From Tubiluchus corallicola (Eukaryota > Animalia > Priapulida): a stretch of DNA of 64,000 nucleotides. The DNA is taken from the NCBI GenBank assembly GCA_030141605.1, contig JAQGDQ010000834.1, forward strand, positions 1-64,000, in the 5' to 3' direction. Made by a program: the position numbers and the translations under genes. A model generated the notes under the pieces. The model had not been told where the DNA came from. It saw nothing but the letters and a program-made list of their open reading frames with translations, and searched no databases. The stretch's first letter is position 1; every line of letters starts with the position of its first letter. Below, one piece after another: positions 39,281 through 54,121 of this stretch.

Positions 39281-40168
39281 ATTATTTTATAACAAAGTAC
39301 GGTGTAATAAATCAAAGAAAGTTGGGGAAACAAAGCAAAGTAAGTAAATTAAAGAGTAGTGCTGTAATGAAGTAAGAAAATAAGTAAGAAAACAAGATAA
39401 AACTAGTTATTATACTTCAGTTTAAGGCATTGATATTAAAGTAAAAGAGTCAATTTCTTAGCCATATGGCTCTGTCTCAGCTGACTCTCCACCCAAATGA
39501 AAAACACCACCCACCCCAGCCATCACCAGTGTCACCACAAAAAATCAGTTTCTTGCTTCATTCTGGTAAAACCTGCCAAGAATATGTTTAAAGGGAAAGA
39601 AAAAGGAATTTTAAAGTGTGTCCCAAAAAACATTCCAGTTGATATAGCATTCCATGCAAAGTTATATTACTTACCATTACGCTTACCTGTTTGAAAGGCT
39701 TAAGAAATTCGAAAAGAAAATTCTTAGTAATTTAAAGTATTCGCGCCACCTGGTAAAATGGTACTGAATCGCTATCCCAGTGTGCAATACTGGCTCACAA
39801 AAGACACGTTTATTGATCCTATTGACAAGATAAAGTAATTTATACTTTTGCTTAGTTAGTGAAGAGCGTGGTACGAATACCCTGTACTCTAATTATTTTT
39901 TCAGACATTACGCAATGTTATGTTAACTTGTTTCAAACGATCTAGTGATAAAATGGGTGCACCTAACAGTCATCCCTGGAGTTTAGATTTATTAGTTTCC
40001 TAGAGTGTTACAACAAACACAAGTCCTATATGCAATAAGACAGGTGCAAAGGAAATAAAAATTGTTGAGCTTTATTTATGAATAATGTTTTCTTGTGCTT
40101 TAAATACTAAACATTTAATAACAGACGTTCATAGAATATGGTCTTGGAATTCTGAATACATCACTTAC

Positions 40169-40318
40169 ACTAAAACCACTCCATATTGGTGAAACGCTGT
40201 GAGCCAACCAAATCTCTGATCTCAGTGTTGACACCAGTCCCACAATGATGCTCACAAGTCCAAGCGTACAATGCAAGACGGCTAGTATGATGACTGTAGC
40301 CAAGACAACAGGATGCAT
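40169..40318 (-). CDS. TMEM196: TMEM196-like four-TM protein, exon 1 (spliced product about 194 aa)
   Basis: MHPVVLATVIILAVLHCTLGLVSIIVG...SVSPIWSGFS|gtaagt; SPIWSG matches the SPVWSG motif of TMEM196 (CD20-like clan); 150 nt, phase 0, joins 32227-32168 and 29121-28747 in frame. Confidence 0.82.
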
Positions 40319-40765
40319 ATTTGACCAACGTCCGAATCACGCCAAGGTGTTTACGAAGCTAAGCGTATCGCGTAATAAGTTTGATCACCACAAAATTAAA
40401 CACATCGATATCAATATATGGCTTCATCAAAACAAACAACGACCATTATTAGCACCAATAATCATTCAGCTTGTAATTACAATATGTCATTTGCATGTAA
40501 TTTCTTCTTAATAGATTTCAAAAGTGCAAATATGCAAAAGTGAACTAGTAATGCCGCCTCTGCTATGGCAAAGAACATCATGTCTGCGTGGCTTCTTGTG
40601 GCAAATCATCTACCTTCATTAGAAGTGAATCGATGCAGAAAACCACAAATATTTAGCGCGGTTGTTTGCGTGCTGACGTAGATTTGCTGATTGACATCGA
40701 CTGTGACAGTTCATGTCTGTCTGTAAAGCCCGTGTGTAGAGCATTACTCGTGGCGTGTATAGTCC

Positions 40766-41332
40766 CTTTGTACTTATAGCTTATATTATGGCTTCAGTAT
40801 GGCTGCTTTGTATTTAGTCTATAGCTTATATTATGGGTTCAGTGTGACTGCTTTGTACTTAGTCTATAGCTTATATTATGGCTTCAGTATGGCTGCTTTG
40901 TATTTAGTCTATAGCTTATATTATGGCTTCAGTGTGACTGCTTTGTACATAGTCTATAGCTTATATTATGGCTTCAGTGTGCCTGCTTTGTACTTAGACT
41001 ATAGCTTATATTATGGCTTCAGTGTGACTGCTTTGTACATAGTCTATAGCTTATAGTGTGGCTTCAATGTGACTGCTTTGTACTTAGTCTATAGCTTATA
41101 TTATGGGTTCAGTGTGACTGCTTTGTACTTAGTCTATAGCTTATAATATGGCTTCAATGTGACTGCTTTGTACTTAGACTATGGCTTATAATATGGCTTC
41201 AATGTGACTGCTTTGTACTTAGACTATGGCTTATAATATGGCTTCAATGTGACTGCTTTGTACTTAGACTATGGCTTATAATATGGCTTCAATGTGACTG
41301 CTTTGTACTTAGTCTATGGCTTATAATATGAC
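40766..41332. repeat. 45-bp minisatellite, about 12 copies
   Basis: gctttgtacttagtctatagcttatattatggcttcagtgtgact head-to-tail. Confidence 0.94.
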
Positions 41333-41346
41333 TCCGACTCACTCTC

Positions 41347-41519
<173 letters not shown>

Positions 41520-42935
41520 ATCAGTTTTTGTGGTAGGTTGTATTCCACATGGTATCATTGTGATTTGCATCAGTTTTTCTGGTAGTTTGTATCCAACGTG
41601 ATATCATTGTGATTTGCATCAGTTTTTCGGGTAGGTTGTATTCAACGTGATATCATTGTGATTTGCAGCAGTCTTTCGGGTAGGTTGTATTCAACGTGAT
41701 ATCATTGTGATTTGCATCAGTCTTTCGGGTAGGTTGTATTCAACGTAATATCATTGTGATTTGTATCAGTTTTTCTGGTAGGTTGTATTCAACATGATAT
41801 TATTATGATTTGTATCACTTTTTCTGGTAGTTTGTATTGAACGTGGTATCATTGTGATCTGCATCAGTTTTTCGGGTAGGTTGAATTCAACATGATGTTA
41901 TTGTAATTTGTATCAGTTTTTCTTGGAGGTTGTATTCAACGTGATATCATTGTGATTTGCATCAGTTTTTCTTGGAGGTTGTATTCAACGTGATATCATT
42001 GTAATTTGTATCAGTTTATCCGGTAGTTTGTATTCAAGGTGGTATCATTGTGATTTGCATCAGTTTTTCGGGTAAGTTGTATTCAACATGATATTATTGT
42101 AATTTGTATCAGTTTTTCTGGTAGGCTGTATTCAACATAATATTATTGTAATTTGTATCAGTTTTTCTGGTAGGTTGTATTCAACGTGATATCATTGTAA
42201 TTTGTATCAGTTTTTCTTGGAGGTTGTATTCAACGTGATATCATTGTGATTTGCATCAGTTTTTCTTGGAGGTTGTATTCAACGTGATATCATTGTGATT
42301 TGCATCAGTTTTTCTTGGAGGTTGTATTCAACGTGATATCATTGTGATTTGCATCAGTTTTTCTAGTAGATTGTATTCAACGTGATATCATTGTGATTTG
42401 CATCAGTTTTTCTTGGAGGTTGTATTCAACGTGATATCATTGTGATTTGCATCAGTTTTTCTTGGAGGTTGTATTCAACGTGATATCATTGTGATTTGCA
42501 TCAGTTTTTCCTGGAGGTTGTATTCAACGTGATATCATTGTGATTTGCATCAGTTTCTCTAGTAGATTGTATTCAACGTGATATCATTGTGATTTGCATC
42601 AGTTTTTCTTGGAGGTTGTATTCAACGTGATATCATTGTGATTTGCATCAGTTTTTCTAGTAGATTGTATTCAACGTGATATCATTGTGATTTGCATCAG
42701 TTTTTCTTGGAGGTTGTATTCAACGTGATATCATTGTGATTTGTATCTTGTAGGCTGCATTCAAGGTGGTATCATTGTGATTTGCATCAGTTTTTCTGGT
42801 AGGCTGTATTCAACATAATATCATTGTGATTTGTATCAGTTTTTCTGGTAGGTTGTATTCAACTTGGTATCATTGTGATTTGTATCAGTTTTTCTGGTAG
42901 GTTGTATTCAACGTGATATCATTTTGATTTGCATT
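41520..42935. repeat. 49-bp minisatellite, about 29 copies
   Basis: tcagtttttctggtaggttgtattcaacgtgatatcattgtgatttgca head-to-tail. Confidence 0.96.
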
Positions 42936-43804
42936 ATTTTTTCCAGTATATAGTATTTTAATTCGGGAATTCAGTTTTAGAATTAACTGCTCGTGTGAAC
43001 ACAGAAAAAATCTTTTCGAATAGACCAGTATCCTGGCAAACTAAATTTCTTAATACATCAAAGAAATAGTTTAATCTGTCTAAATGATAGGTCCATTAAT
43101 GATACAGTAGAAAACAAGTAAATATGACATTATAATTATATAATTATAAAATTCATAAAATTCATTATAAAATTCATCATTGACAGCTATTTGTAATTTA
43201 ATTACTTAATCAATATTTCTGTTTGAGTAGCGTTTGTATTAAATGTGCGTTAACGTAAATTGTCACAGTTGTCGCTTAGATTAGTGCATCTTATATAATC
43301 AAGATATTTGACTCTATCAGTCTGCCTGTCTGTCCACATGCTCATCTGTCCATTCACGTATCACTTGTTGTTTAGTTTGTCCGTATGCTTCGCTGCTACT
43401 CTTTTGCATGCCTACCTGTTTGGAAGTTTGGTTTATTTGTCAGCTTGTTGCTTATTTGCAATGAAAATAACGAAATTATCTTTTCAATACCTGTACACAC
43501 ATTTGAAAAAAATGTTCATCAGTTCATCTGTTGAACACATGAACTCTGTGATTTACTTACTTTCTTGTACTTTTGCTGCAAGTCTGGCCAATGTTGTTTG
43601 TGGAAATTGGCACAAGAATAAACCAGCCAACTGTTTCCGGCAGCTGGAAAATATAAACAAATTATATGGCATGAGTATAATGAAAGCATAGAGTGGATCG
43701 GAGTGGACTGGAGTGGAGTTATTGGCAGGGCCATATACATTTTTTATGTTCAGTAAGAATCTTGAGACGCATTAGCAAGTAAATCATGCATAATACATTG
43801 TATC

Positions 43805-43945
<141 letters not shown>

Positions 43946-44285
43946 GGGTTGAGGGTGAGTTGTGCGGGAACTGTGCAGCTGTGAGTTCCACCTCGGCTTC
44001 ATCATTATCACACTATACAACAGGTTAATGAAAATTCTGGTGAAATTCTTATACCTGGCATGAAGCATTGGCTTATGCGTGCGTTTGGAACATTATCAAC
44101 AAATCTATTGCGGCTTCTATATTATTGAAGGAAAGATTAGCCGCAATATTAATTCAGAGTCTTAAAATCAATGTTAAGATGAGCATCTGCGTTTCTTAAG
44201 GTTATGCAGTTCAGGAGCGCATGCGCACATACGATTTTCTAAGAACAGAAACAACTCCGTATGAACAAAATGACGAATCTGTGCT

Positions 44286-44695
<410 letters not shown>

Positions 44696-44938
44696 TGTTA
44701 ATAATTATTAATTTAGACCCGCTCGAATATACAAAAATAAATTATGTATGTGTATAAAGTTTATTCCATGTGTATAATACTTGTGAATTTGAAATTAAAT
44801 CTAATTTAAGTATAACACGTTGTACATAGTGTGAAACTGGAAACATTTAAAAGATTTGTTGTATGAAAGTGTAAATTGTTGATGTGAGCCTGCAAAAAGA
44901 GGCACCTTTTTGTATATACGTTCATTTCTTTAATAAAG

Positions 44939-45190
<252 letters not shown>

Positions 45191-45763
45191 GTAATCCCTA
45201 TCATTGTACTAAGTTTCAACGAGAATAATTACCGGATCAAACCACGGAACCCGTTGATATAAAACACGTCTATAATGGCACTCAATATTCTAACGAGAAG
45301 CGGACGCTGCACAGTTGCACCTAGGCAAAACAGCCCTTGAGCGAGAGTGTAATCATTTGAATATAATGCAGGGATTTGCATACCTCGTTTAAATAGCAGA
45401 TGTTCCGAATAAGCAAGGAAAACTAACCGTACTTATATTTATGTAGGAATAATATTGTCGTTGTGTAGACGCAGAAACGAAAACACGACTATGTTAACGC
45501 CAAAGCCTCCAATGTTTAATACACCAACGACTGCAAATGTGTGTTTGAAAATTTTATACAACTCCCCTGATGCAACATTAAAAAAGTACATTCAAAAGAG
45601 TACAGCATTCTTGCCCTTTAAGATGAGACACTGGACCCGCAGAGGTTTCTTAGCCACGTTCCGAAAATAATTTCCAAATCATCACGCATTTTTAATTCAA
45701 AGAAACCATTTTTTTATTTCCAATACGTTCCGAAATCGTTTGCTGACTGTTTAGCATCATTAA

Positions 45764-46223
45764 AACAAAACCGGAGCCAATCCTAAACTGCAGGTCAAAA
45801 TAATCTACTCTTTAAAATATTGAAAGGAAACAAGCTCTTTTTTCCAAAGTGACTTACGTGAAAGACTTGTTACTTAGTTTATAGAGTTCGCTCTGTAAGT
45901 AAAAAAAGATTGTTGAAGCACCTGGCGAGATAACTGTTTACATTGCACAGAAACCGGATGACGCCATTTTTCGTCCAAAATTACCGTGCCCAATCGTAAA
46001 GCGATCCCGACTTTAAATTGATTTTACTAATTACACGAGATGCTTATCACAATTTTATTATTGAAACTATTTAGCGTTTTTTCCCAAATGTTAAAATGAG
46101 CTCAACTTCCCGAGAGATTTGGAGCTCAACTTCCCAAGAGATTTGGGGCTCAACTTCCCGAGAGATTTGGCTTTTGCTTTAAAACGCATAATTTCGAAAT
46201 GTGGCAGGATATGAAATTTTCCT
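45764..46223 (-). mobile_element. TTAA-flanked Kolobok-like MITE sharing ends with the 600-bp family but with a different interior
   Basis: TTAA|aacaaaaccgg...ctgcaggtcaaaataatctactctttaaaa matches the family end; closes with tatgaaattttcct|TTAA; interior recurs at about 46340-46485 and 59560-59745. Confidence 0.55.
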
Positions 46224-46896
46224 TTAAATTTCCTGAAGACTGTTTTTCTATTTATACTATATTTACATCAGTTTTATTATTAGTCACTTGTACTTTTACA
46301 CACGTTTCTTCAGGGGATGAGCATCGTTGGCGACCTCTTCGGCTTTGAATTGAATTATCACGACTTTAAATTGATTTTATTAATTACACGAGATGGTTAT
46401 CACAATTTTATTGGTGAAACTTTCTAGCATTTTTCCCAAATATTAAAATACGCTTAACTTCCCGAGAGACTTCGCTTTTGCTTTAAGTAACTCGTCGTTT
46501 CCCTTAAGCATGAGGGAAAGCCTACTTTTACGTGGCCCAAATACAAGGCTGGCTCGACTGAGTGCGCCTGGTGAACGCCGAGCTGAAAAGGTAAATAAAC
46601 TGCCAATTGCCGGAAATCTGGTTGGAATTAATTAAAGATTTGCGAAGAAACTACTTACGAGAATTCAGAAGACTCAAGACTGTCTTAATCTGTGCTTCGG
46701 AGTCTCTCGCTGACGGCGTCACATTAATCAGTAGCTTATAGATGACTTAATGTACAACACCTTCTGTTAGTTAGTAATGATTTCAGTAGATGGCGACACC
46801 TGAAAACAGCGCTGATAATAGCAATGACATGAACTTGCGAGAAAAAGTGACTGTATAAGATAGTATTTATTAAACTTAAACCAAACACAGGTATAT

Positions 46897-47470
46897 TATA
46901 AGATAAGAAGAGATGAGATGAGATCCGATCCGATACGATACGATACGATAAGATAGGATAGGATAGGATAGGATAGGATAGGATAGGATAAGATAAGGTA
47001 AGATAGGATAAGATAAGGTAAGATAAGATAGGATAGGACAGGATAAGATAAGATAAGATAAGATAGGATAGGATTAGGATAGGATAAGATAGGATAAGAT
47101 AAGAAAAGATAAGATAAGATAAGATAAGGTAAGGTAAGATAAGATAAGATAAGATAAGATAAGATAAGATAAGATAAGATAAGATAAGATAAGATAAGAT
47201 AAGATAATATAAGATAAGATAAGATAAGATAAGATAAGATAAGATAAGATAAGATAAGATAAGATAAGATAAGATAAGATAAGAAAAGATAAGATAAGAT
47301 AAGATAAGATAAGATAAGATAAGATAAGATAAGATAAGATAAGATAAGATAAGATAAGATAAGATAAGATAAGATAAGATAAGGTAAGATAAGATAAGAT
47401 AAGATAAGATAAGATAAGATAAGATAAATTCAGACAAGACAAGGCAAGACAAGACAAGATAAGAAAAGAT
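46897..47470. repeat. (AGATA)n pentanucleotide satellite
   Basis: Direct reading. Confidence 0.96.
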
Positions 47471-49339
47471 ATTTATTCAGGAAAATTTAATTGAACAAAA
47501 CTCATTTACAACAAGGTTCTGATTGGTGGTTTTAAATTTAAAATAAAGAAAAAAACACATCCAAGGACACAAACATAAAAATTCGCAGATATATATACCA
47601 TAATCGTACAAACATTGTGACTTAAAACATAAAGCAATAAGCAGAAACTGAAAAAAGAAAGTCAAGATTACAATCGCAAAAGAACTTAAAAGTAAGCAAA
47701 CAAAGCAAGAAAGCTTTGATACCTTAAAAAAGCGAAATAAAAATACAAGCAACTGAAAAAATGTTATATAATGCAAAGTTAAAAATCAAAAATAAAGGCA
47801 AATTAAAGCAACGACAAAAGCATTTAAATGCTCTACATTATGTGAAAAGTACTTCAAATTATTATACTTACAACAAACGTTTATTTGTACACGAATTATG
47901 AGTATAGAAACACACATGTATTAAATCGCTCTTTTAAAAATGGAATCGTAATAATAATTATATAATAATAATAATTATGACGGTATTTATGACTTTATAT
48001 AACAGCACACTTAGCATTTTTGTATTTTGAATTTGACAAACATTTTGTGTTTAGCACAATTATAATCATATAATTATATTGTTGTAAATGTTGTCAATGT
48101 TACGAAACTGTAATTGATTGATTTTCTGACCTGTTAAAATTATTTGTTTTTCAACTGTTAACGTCTTGTACAATTGTATAAAGCCATTTATTTTAGTTCA
48201 ACTTATCTGTTATTTTGCATACACTAACAAAAGACTTCAAGTAATTTAGATATTGATAACAAATATATTTTTCTTTAGTTACTAACACAATTTTTGTTAT
48301 AAATTTATAATACTTATATTTTATATAACATGTCTTGCAACAAGCTGCTAACAGTGTCACTTGATTAACTAAATAAATATTAATGTCGTACAAATAGGGG
48401 TGTCTGCTTGGTGACCTCTTGGTCTTTCGCCACCCCGTCTCAATGTAGTGTTTATCATCTTAAAGAAACATTGTATGTTATTATATGTTTAACTTGAAAT
48501 GAGACAAAGAAAATCTAATCTAATCTAATCTAATCTAATCTAATCTAATCTAATCTTCTTAGTAGTCACACAACTGCTCCGAAACCTGACCAGCGGCTTG
48601 AAGCAGCTTATATTTCAAATGAATAACCGTTCTTACAGTGTTTAACGAAAATTCAGCAACACTGGAACCATGGAACAATACTAAATGGATGGGTGGTCAA
48701 GAAGAAAACTACATAGTTTTATCTCATATACAGTACTTCTGATCATTTCACCATGCAGCAGCTGTTCACAGAGGATCTAAAAGTGGCTAAGACACCTCTG
48801 CCAAGTCAGCATCTCAATTTAGATGATTCTCTTTGAAAAGTTACGGTCCTGCCACAAGTATCTAACAGGTAGCCAAGCTATTGGCTGACGTTGCGTGCCA
48901 AATACCCGTTCGCCAAAATTTAAAAAAATTATGGAGACAGCATTTCTTAACAATATTTTATTAATGTTTATCTAAAAAAACTGAATTGAAGAAGATATAA
49001 TTCGAACCTAAATAATAAGAGTCTTACAACTTGACAATTGTAATTAAAAATATTTAAATTTGTTTGCTTGTTACATTTTCCAAATTTGAGTAAAACGGCA
49101 AAACAGCCACACGTTTGTTTATTTACATAATACTGTTAATTACAATCAAATCCACAAATTTAGAAGCAGATCAAAAAAGAATACAAAGTTTATGTGTAAA
49201 AATTAATTAGTTAATTTAAACTGGCTTTAAGAACAATTTCTAACTAAATTTTGTGTTCCACATAATAGCTGGCATAGAGGACAAGTGCTCCCTGCAGGAC
49301 GCCTAGCAACCTCTAGCAACTTCATTATCAACTTAATAC

Positions 49340-49722
49340 CTATCTAATAACCCAGTCAAATAAGTCATCTTCAGCATCAGCAGGTGAACTAAACACGTCT
49401 TCTGCAGGTGTCTGATGAGCACCTGAAAGTGATGCTCTGCGCATGCGCAGAATCCGCTTCCGACTGTTTCTGCATCCGGATGATGGTGATTTTCTCTCCG
49501 ATGCCACAGCCGCGCAATCTGAATTTTCCAGCTCTTGCAGCAGGTCAGGTGAGCTAATCTGCACAACGCCATCTGTAGGCGTTCTAGGGAAAATAGATTT
49601 TGCTGGAGTATGTTTGACATAGGGCTTGTTAGGTTTTCCTGACGGCAAGCAAGGAAGTGTGTTGGATGTTTGTTGTGTCAGCGGTGTACCGGGAACCACT
49701 TGTTCTTGATTCAAATATTTCA
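49340..49722 (-). CDS. Orphan S/T-P-rich protein, exon 2 (last coding)
   Basis: Acceptor ttttttcag, phase 1, 126 further codons to TAG; GC-richer non-repetitive island; in frame with 51526-51316. Confidence 0.7.
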
Positions 49723-49975
49723 CTGAAAAAAATACATCGTTTTTAGTGCTCGCAAAATAAAGTTACTAAGAGACATTTATCTCAACAGAATTGAATTCGA
49801 TTACAAGTATTCAAGTGAGCTGAGCCAAATAGCTGCTAAGCAACTCAAATTTGTACTATAAGTACAACCAGTCAAAATTAATAATGTAAACTCTTGGGTT
49901 CAATTCCTGATAAGTTATTGTTGTGTATAGAAGAGTAGAAATTTCAGCTTCACATTATTATTTAATTATCGTTAA

Positions 49976-50581
49976 AGGAAAACAGGATGATTTTTCATAT
50001 ACTACCCCATTTTCAAGTACGATCAAAACTACACATTTTAACACATTAATGCTGCAAAAACGTTTCTGATAATTAAATAATAGATTAATATCTTAATTAA
50101 CAGCGGGCGAGCCGAACTATTGATGACATCAAAAACTAACGTAATTTTTAACAGAAAAATATTCTACGAGCGTGTTGCGAAACAGAAAATTGAAGTACAG
50201 TGTTAGTGTAAGATATTCAGTGTGTTGTACTAAACTAGGCAAGTTCTAAGATAAAAATTCAAATTTCAAATTTACCGCTATGCTCACGCATGAGCTGTTG
50301 AATGTGTGCAGTTCGTCGGAAACTAACACATCTGAATTGAGAAGTACAGCACCTGTTTTTGGTGCTATGCGTTTCCGAAATGCAGGCTCTAGTGCCCGTC
50401 TAACTAGCGAACGGCGAAATGCACGTAACAGCGAAGAACTAGTGGCGCGAACGTGGAATTGTGTTTGTGTGGTAATAATTCTTTCACGTAAGTCATTTTG
50501 AAAAAAATAATATGCTTTCTTTCAATGTTTTAAAGAGTAGATTGTTTTGACCTACAGTTTAACATTGGGTCCAGTTTTGCT
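49976..50581 (+). mobile_element. Kolobok/T2-like MITE, full-length copy (606 bp), intronic
   Basis: TTAA|AGGAAAACAGG ... CCAGTTTTGCT|TTAA; perfect TTAA TSD, imperfect 11-bp TIR. Confidence 0.88.
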
Positions 50582-51020
50582 TTAACAATGTATGTTTTTG
50601 TGCTAGGACAATTAAGAAAACCCAAGACCATGGGGACATGCAGTTCATTGTACGACATATGAAGTCGTGAACGAAGGTGAAATACTTGCAAAAAGTTAAA
50701 TAAATTTAAAAACATTAGTCTGAGAACAAAATAAATAAGCTGGTTTATGAAACCTGGCATTTATTTAGCGAAAACATTCACAGTAAAACACTCAATACAT
50801 AGCTGTGAGACTCCAGAGAAGGCAGAACGTTTTGACTACTCTTGAGTGTTTTATTGTGAAAATAAATAGGTTAACTAAGACAGGAAAACAAAGTTCAAGA
50901 TCTACTCAACATATTCCACAAACGTTAAAAAAATCAGCACAGTGGAACAAATTTGAAATGATATTATACGTATTGCAGCGATCGCTACGCACTCCCCCTT
51001 CCGTAGGCTCAATCAAACAA

Positions 51021-51211
51021 TAGTCAAACCTCTACACGGCTCACCTTGGAACTCTAAAAAAAGATGACGTTAAGCGAGGTTAGCATTGTAATATGGGTCA
51101 TATTAATGCATACGCAAATAAAGGCATTTTCTTCTGTTAAAAATTTAGGCGTTAAGAAAGGTTGGCGTTATAAAGAGGGGGGAGGGGGGGCAATAAAACG
51201 AGGTTTGACTG
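51021..51211. mobile_element. Tc1/mariner (pogo/Tigger-like) MITE
   Basis: TIR agtcaaacctc ... gaggtttgactg followed by TA; left end and TSD degraded. Confidence 0.6.
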
Positions 51212-51315
51212 TAGATGCTCAGCTCAGGAATTTGTAACGTGTTTACGGGATAAACTACAAACCTATCATTAGTTTTAAAATAAACTGAAAATTTTTATTG
51301 TAATATTATACTCAC

Positions 51316-51526
51316 TTGGTGTTGCAATGTAAAGATACGGGCTAGGTAACAACGGCACCCACGTCCTGCTAACGCTATTCGGACTTCTACAGTTGCTGAT
51401 GTCTGGTACAGCAGACGGCGGCGAACGACATGCAGAATGTCGAAGCAAAGGTGTTTGCGGGACATTTTGCACAGGAGAATTCACGGACATTTGCTGGTCT
51501 AATCGCCAATTAGCTCGCATGCCCAT
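51316..51526 (-). CDS. Orphan S/T-P-rich protein, exon 1 (spliced product about 197 aa)
   Basis: ATG at 51526, 70 codons plus 1 nt, donor caa|gtgagt; the phase-1 junction recreates ATG with exon 2. Confidence 0.7.
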
Positions 51527-53600
51527 TCAGCTTTCAAGAGGGAAGACTATAGATATAATGCGAAAAAATGCGGATTACTGAACAAAATTACCGGACGTTT
51601 CAGCTATCACGTGATCTAATGCAAGTGTCAAGACTGTGAATGATGGATGCAACAGTTCTGTATACTTTCTATTTAAGAGTGGCGTGAGGACCACAGTGTT
51701 TGTGTGTTATCCTCGACTGTCACTGAGTCTGATAGTCTGTCTAATGTGTCCATCGAAAATACGACAGTTTATTGTTTACGATAAACTACAGACTTTGCAG
51801 TAGCAACCAAATTATCGTAAACGTAATTGTATATGTAACATTATATAATAATAACAATTATAGTCTTCTAACTAACTTGTAATATTTGATATAAATGAAA
51901 TTTTTAATATAAATTATGTTCCATGTAATGTATAATTAATGGGGTCTAATACATACGTGTAATGCCATGTCATATATGATAAACACTGTATGTTTGTATG
52001 TGTGATATATTTTAACCTATCAGCTATAAAATAATAACAGGAAAGGGGTAGGAATTGTGATTTTTCATTCATCATCTCATTTTCTCGAGTGCTTTTTATT
52101 TTATGTGAACTTTGAATCTGTTTTATAAGCATGTGTGCACATTTATGCGTAATACTATAATCGTTTTTCTATTCATTGAATAAATAAATTATCGCAGTCA
52201 GCCAGTAACAAAGGTAGCGTCATTAAGTCCTAAGACAGGCGAAATTAATTAGGCTATAAACAACACTAATTACGCAACTAGTCGAGAGCCTGGTATCTAT
52301 TGTTCACGTCTTTGAGAATAGTTAAACTGATCTACACTTAGGATTTTAGGGACCAGTGTAAAATGCGAAATTAGTATTACAATGAATTTTTACCCAGAAC
52401 AGTAGCTAGTTTGGAGAAAAGCGGATTCAAACAGTTGACCGCCGCCTAGGTTTCACCTAGGAAATCGGCAAGCCGAAAAAATGCATTAAATTTAGAACCA
52501 AAAGCATTTCTTTTGGATGCACAGGCTCAAATTGTGACTAATGCTTAACAAGTACATCTGGTTGGTAATTTGGTATAGAATTTAGCGTTACTTCCGGTTT
52601 ATTTTAATAAGTATTATGGCTCGTTTGTCTCAGCATAACTCTGGACACTTCTGTCTGGCAGACAAGCAATTTGTCATGTTAAATTCAGCTTTACACTTTA
52701 CAGTCACTATGAAATTGCATCAATTTTGACGACAGCGGCAGGCATTCCAAGTTTCTATGCCTGTTCTTTGTTGCACCTACACCTGTTTACAAAGTCAATC
52801 ATTCTCAAGCCTAATTAGCAAGTGAATGGGTGACTGAGAGAGAAATTGGTTCTGCTATGTTGCTTCAGACTAGTTCTCTAGCTCAGAAAAGACGCAGAAT
52901 GTAAATAACAGACATGAAACGATTTAGTATTTCATTTTAAATTTTCTGTGACTGGCGTTTACCTAGGTCCCGGTCCCGCTATTAAGTGTTGGACAGAACT
53001 TGCAGTATGCCCAGCTACAAAGGAAAAATGCTGTAGACAAAATTGTGATTGTTTACTGCAGTGCAAATCAAAAGACAAAGTTGAAATTAGAAGTTAAGTC
53101 GCACTTTATTTACTTACCATATGAGTTTACTGTAAGAATGCGGCTTTGTACAGCAAAATATACTTAATTTAATACAAAAATGTTAGCTCAACCCTTACTA
53201 GTATTCAACAGCGCTAGTAGGCCTATCATTAAATCAAGCTAATCTATGACAGCACTCATCCTACTGTCTATGCTTAGCAACTAATGTTCAAAGCTTACTT
53301 GGCCTATATCATAATTTATTAACTGTCAGCTTTACACACAGTATACAACTATGCCACAAACGTGTCTAATAAATTATTAAACAACATTCAACAAAGTAGC
53401 CTGACCCAGTTGAAAACAAAACCCACTGAGAATGATTTGCAGCATTATGAAAAATCATCAGTGCCTTGCAAAAATCAAACTGTTCACACTGATTAACCCT
53501 TATAAAAGTAACTAAAATGTATATATCTCATATGAGCTACCTTTGTTTAAGATAAGTTACTAGCTTCTGCCTCATGTTTTAATGCTGATGGCTATCATAC

Positions 53601-54121
53601 CAGTGGCGGCTTGTAGCTAAAACTGCTGAGGTTCTGTATCAAAAAAATTTTAGCCGCTGATTGAAACAAACATGCGTAATTTTAATGTTGTAATTTGTAA
53701 TTGTAATTTTAAACAAACAAACATATGAAAGCTCATACATAAACTTGATAATAACCAAAACAAAAATTTTTTGCTTACGAACAACCTAAATTGACGCAGT
53801 TCAAGAATATACCAGTACACAGTTTTTAAGCACGTGACAACTGACAAACTGTGTGAGCACCAGTACTTTTTCTGCCTAGCAGCAGTTGTTAGCAATGCAG
53901 CATACAGCCTGTTATTTCATACACGTGCGCATGCGCACAACAGCCAAACACGCCACTGTGCTGGGCTCTGAAGCAAACAGTATTACCTTCACGTGCTCTG
54001 GACGTACAAGTATAAACAAAGAACTAAAGAGAAAAGATTTAGTATACTGAATATTATCTATAATATTGAGTGAAAACGGGGGTGTTGCAGTTCCACAGTA
54101 TCTATACACGAGCCGCCACTG
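53601..54121. mobile_element. CAG-terminated MITE (hAT-like ends) with 7-bp TSD
   Basis: TIR CAGTGGCGGCT(T/C)GT at both ends; ATCATAC immediately on both sides. Confidence 0.85.

Noticed and set aside
46736-47457. 238-aa and 127-aa ILSYL-repeat ORFs
   Set aside because: Translation of (TCTTA)n satellite.
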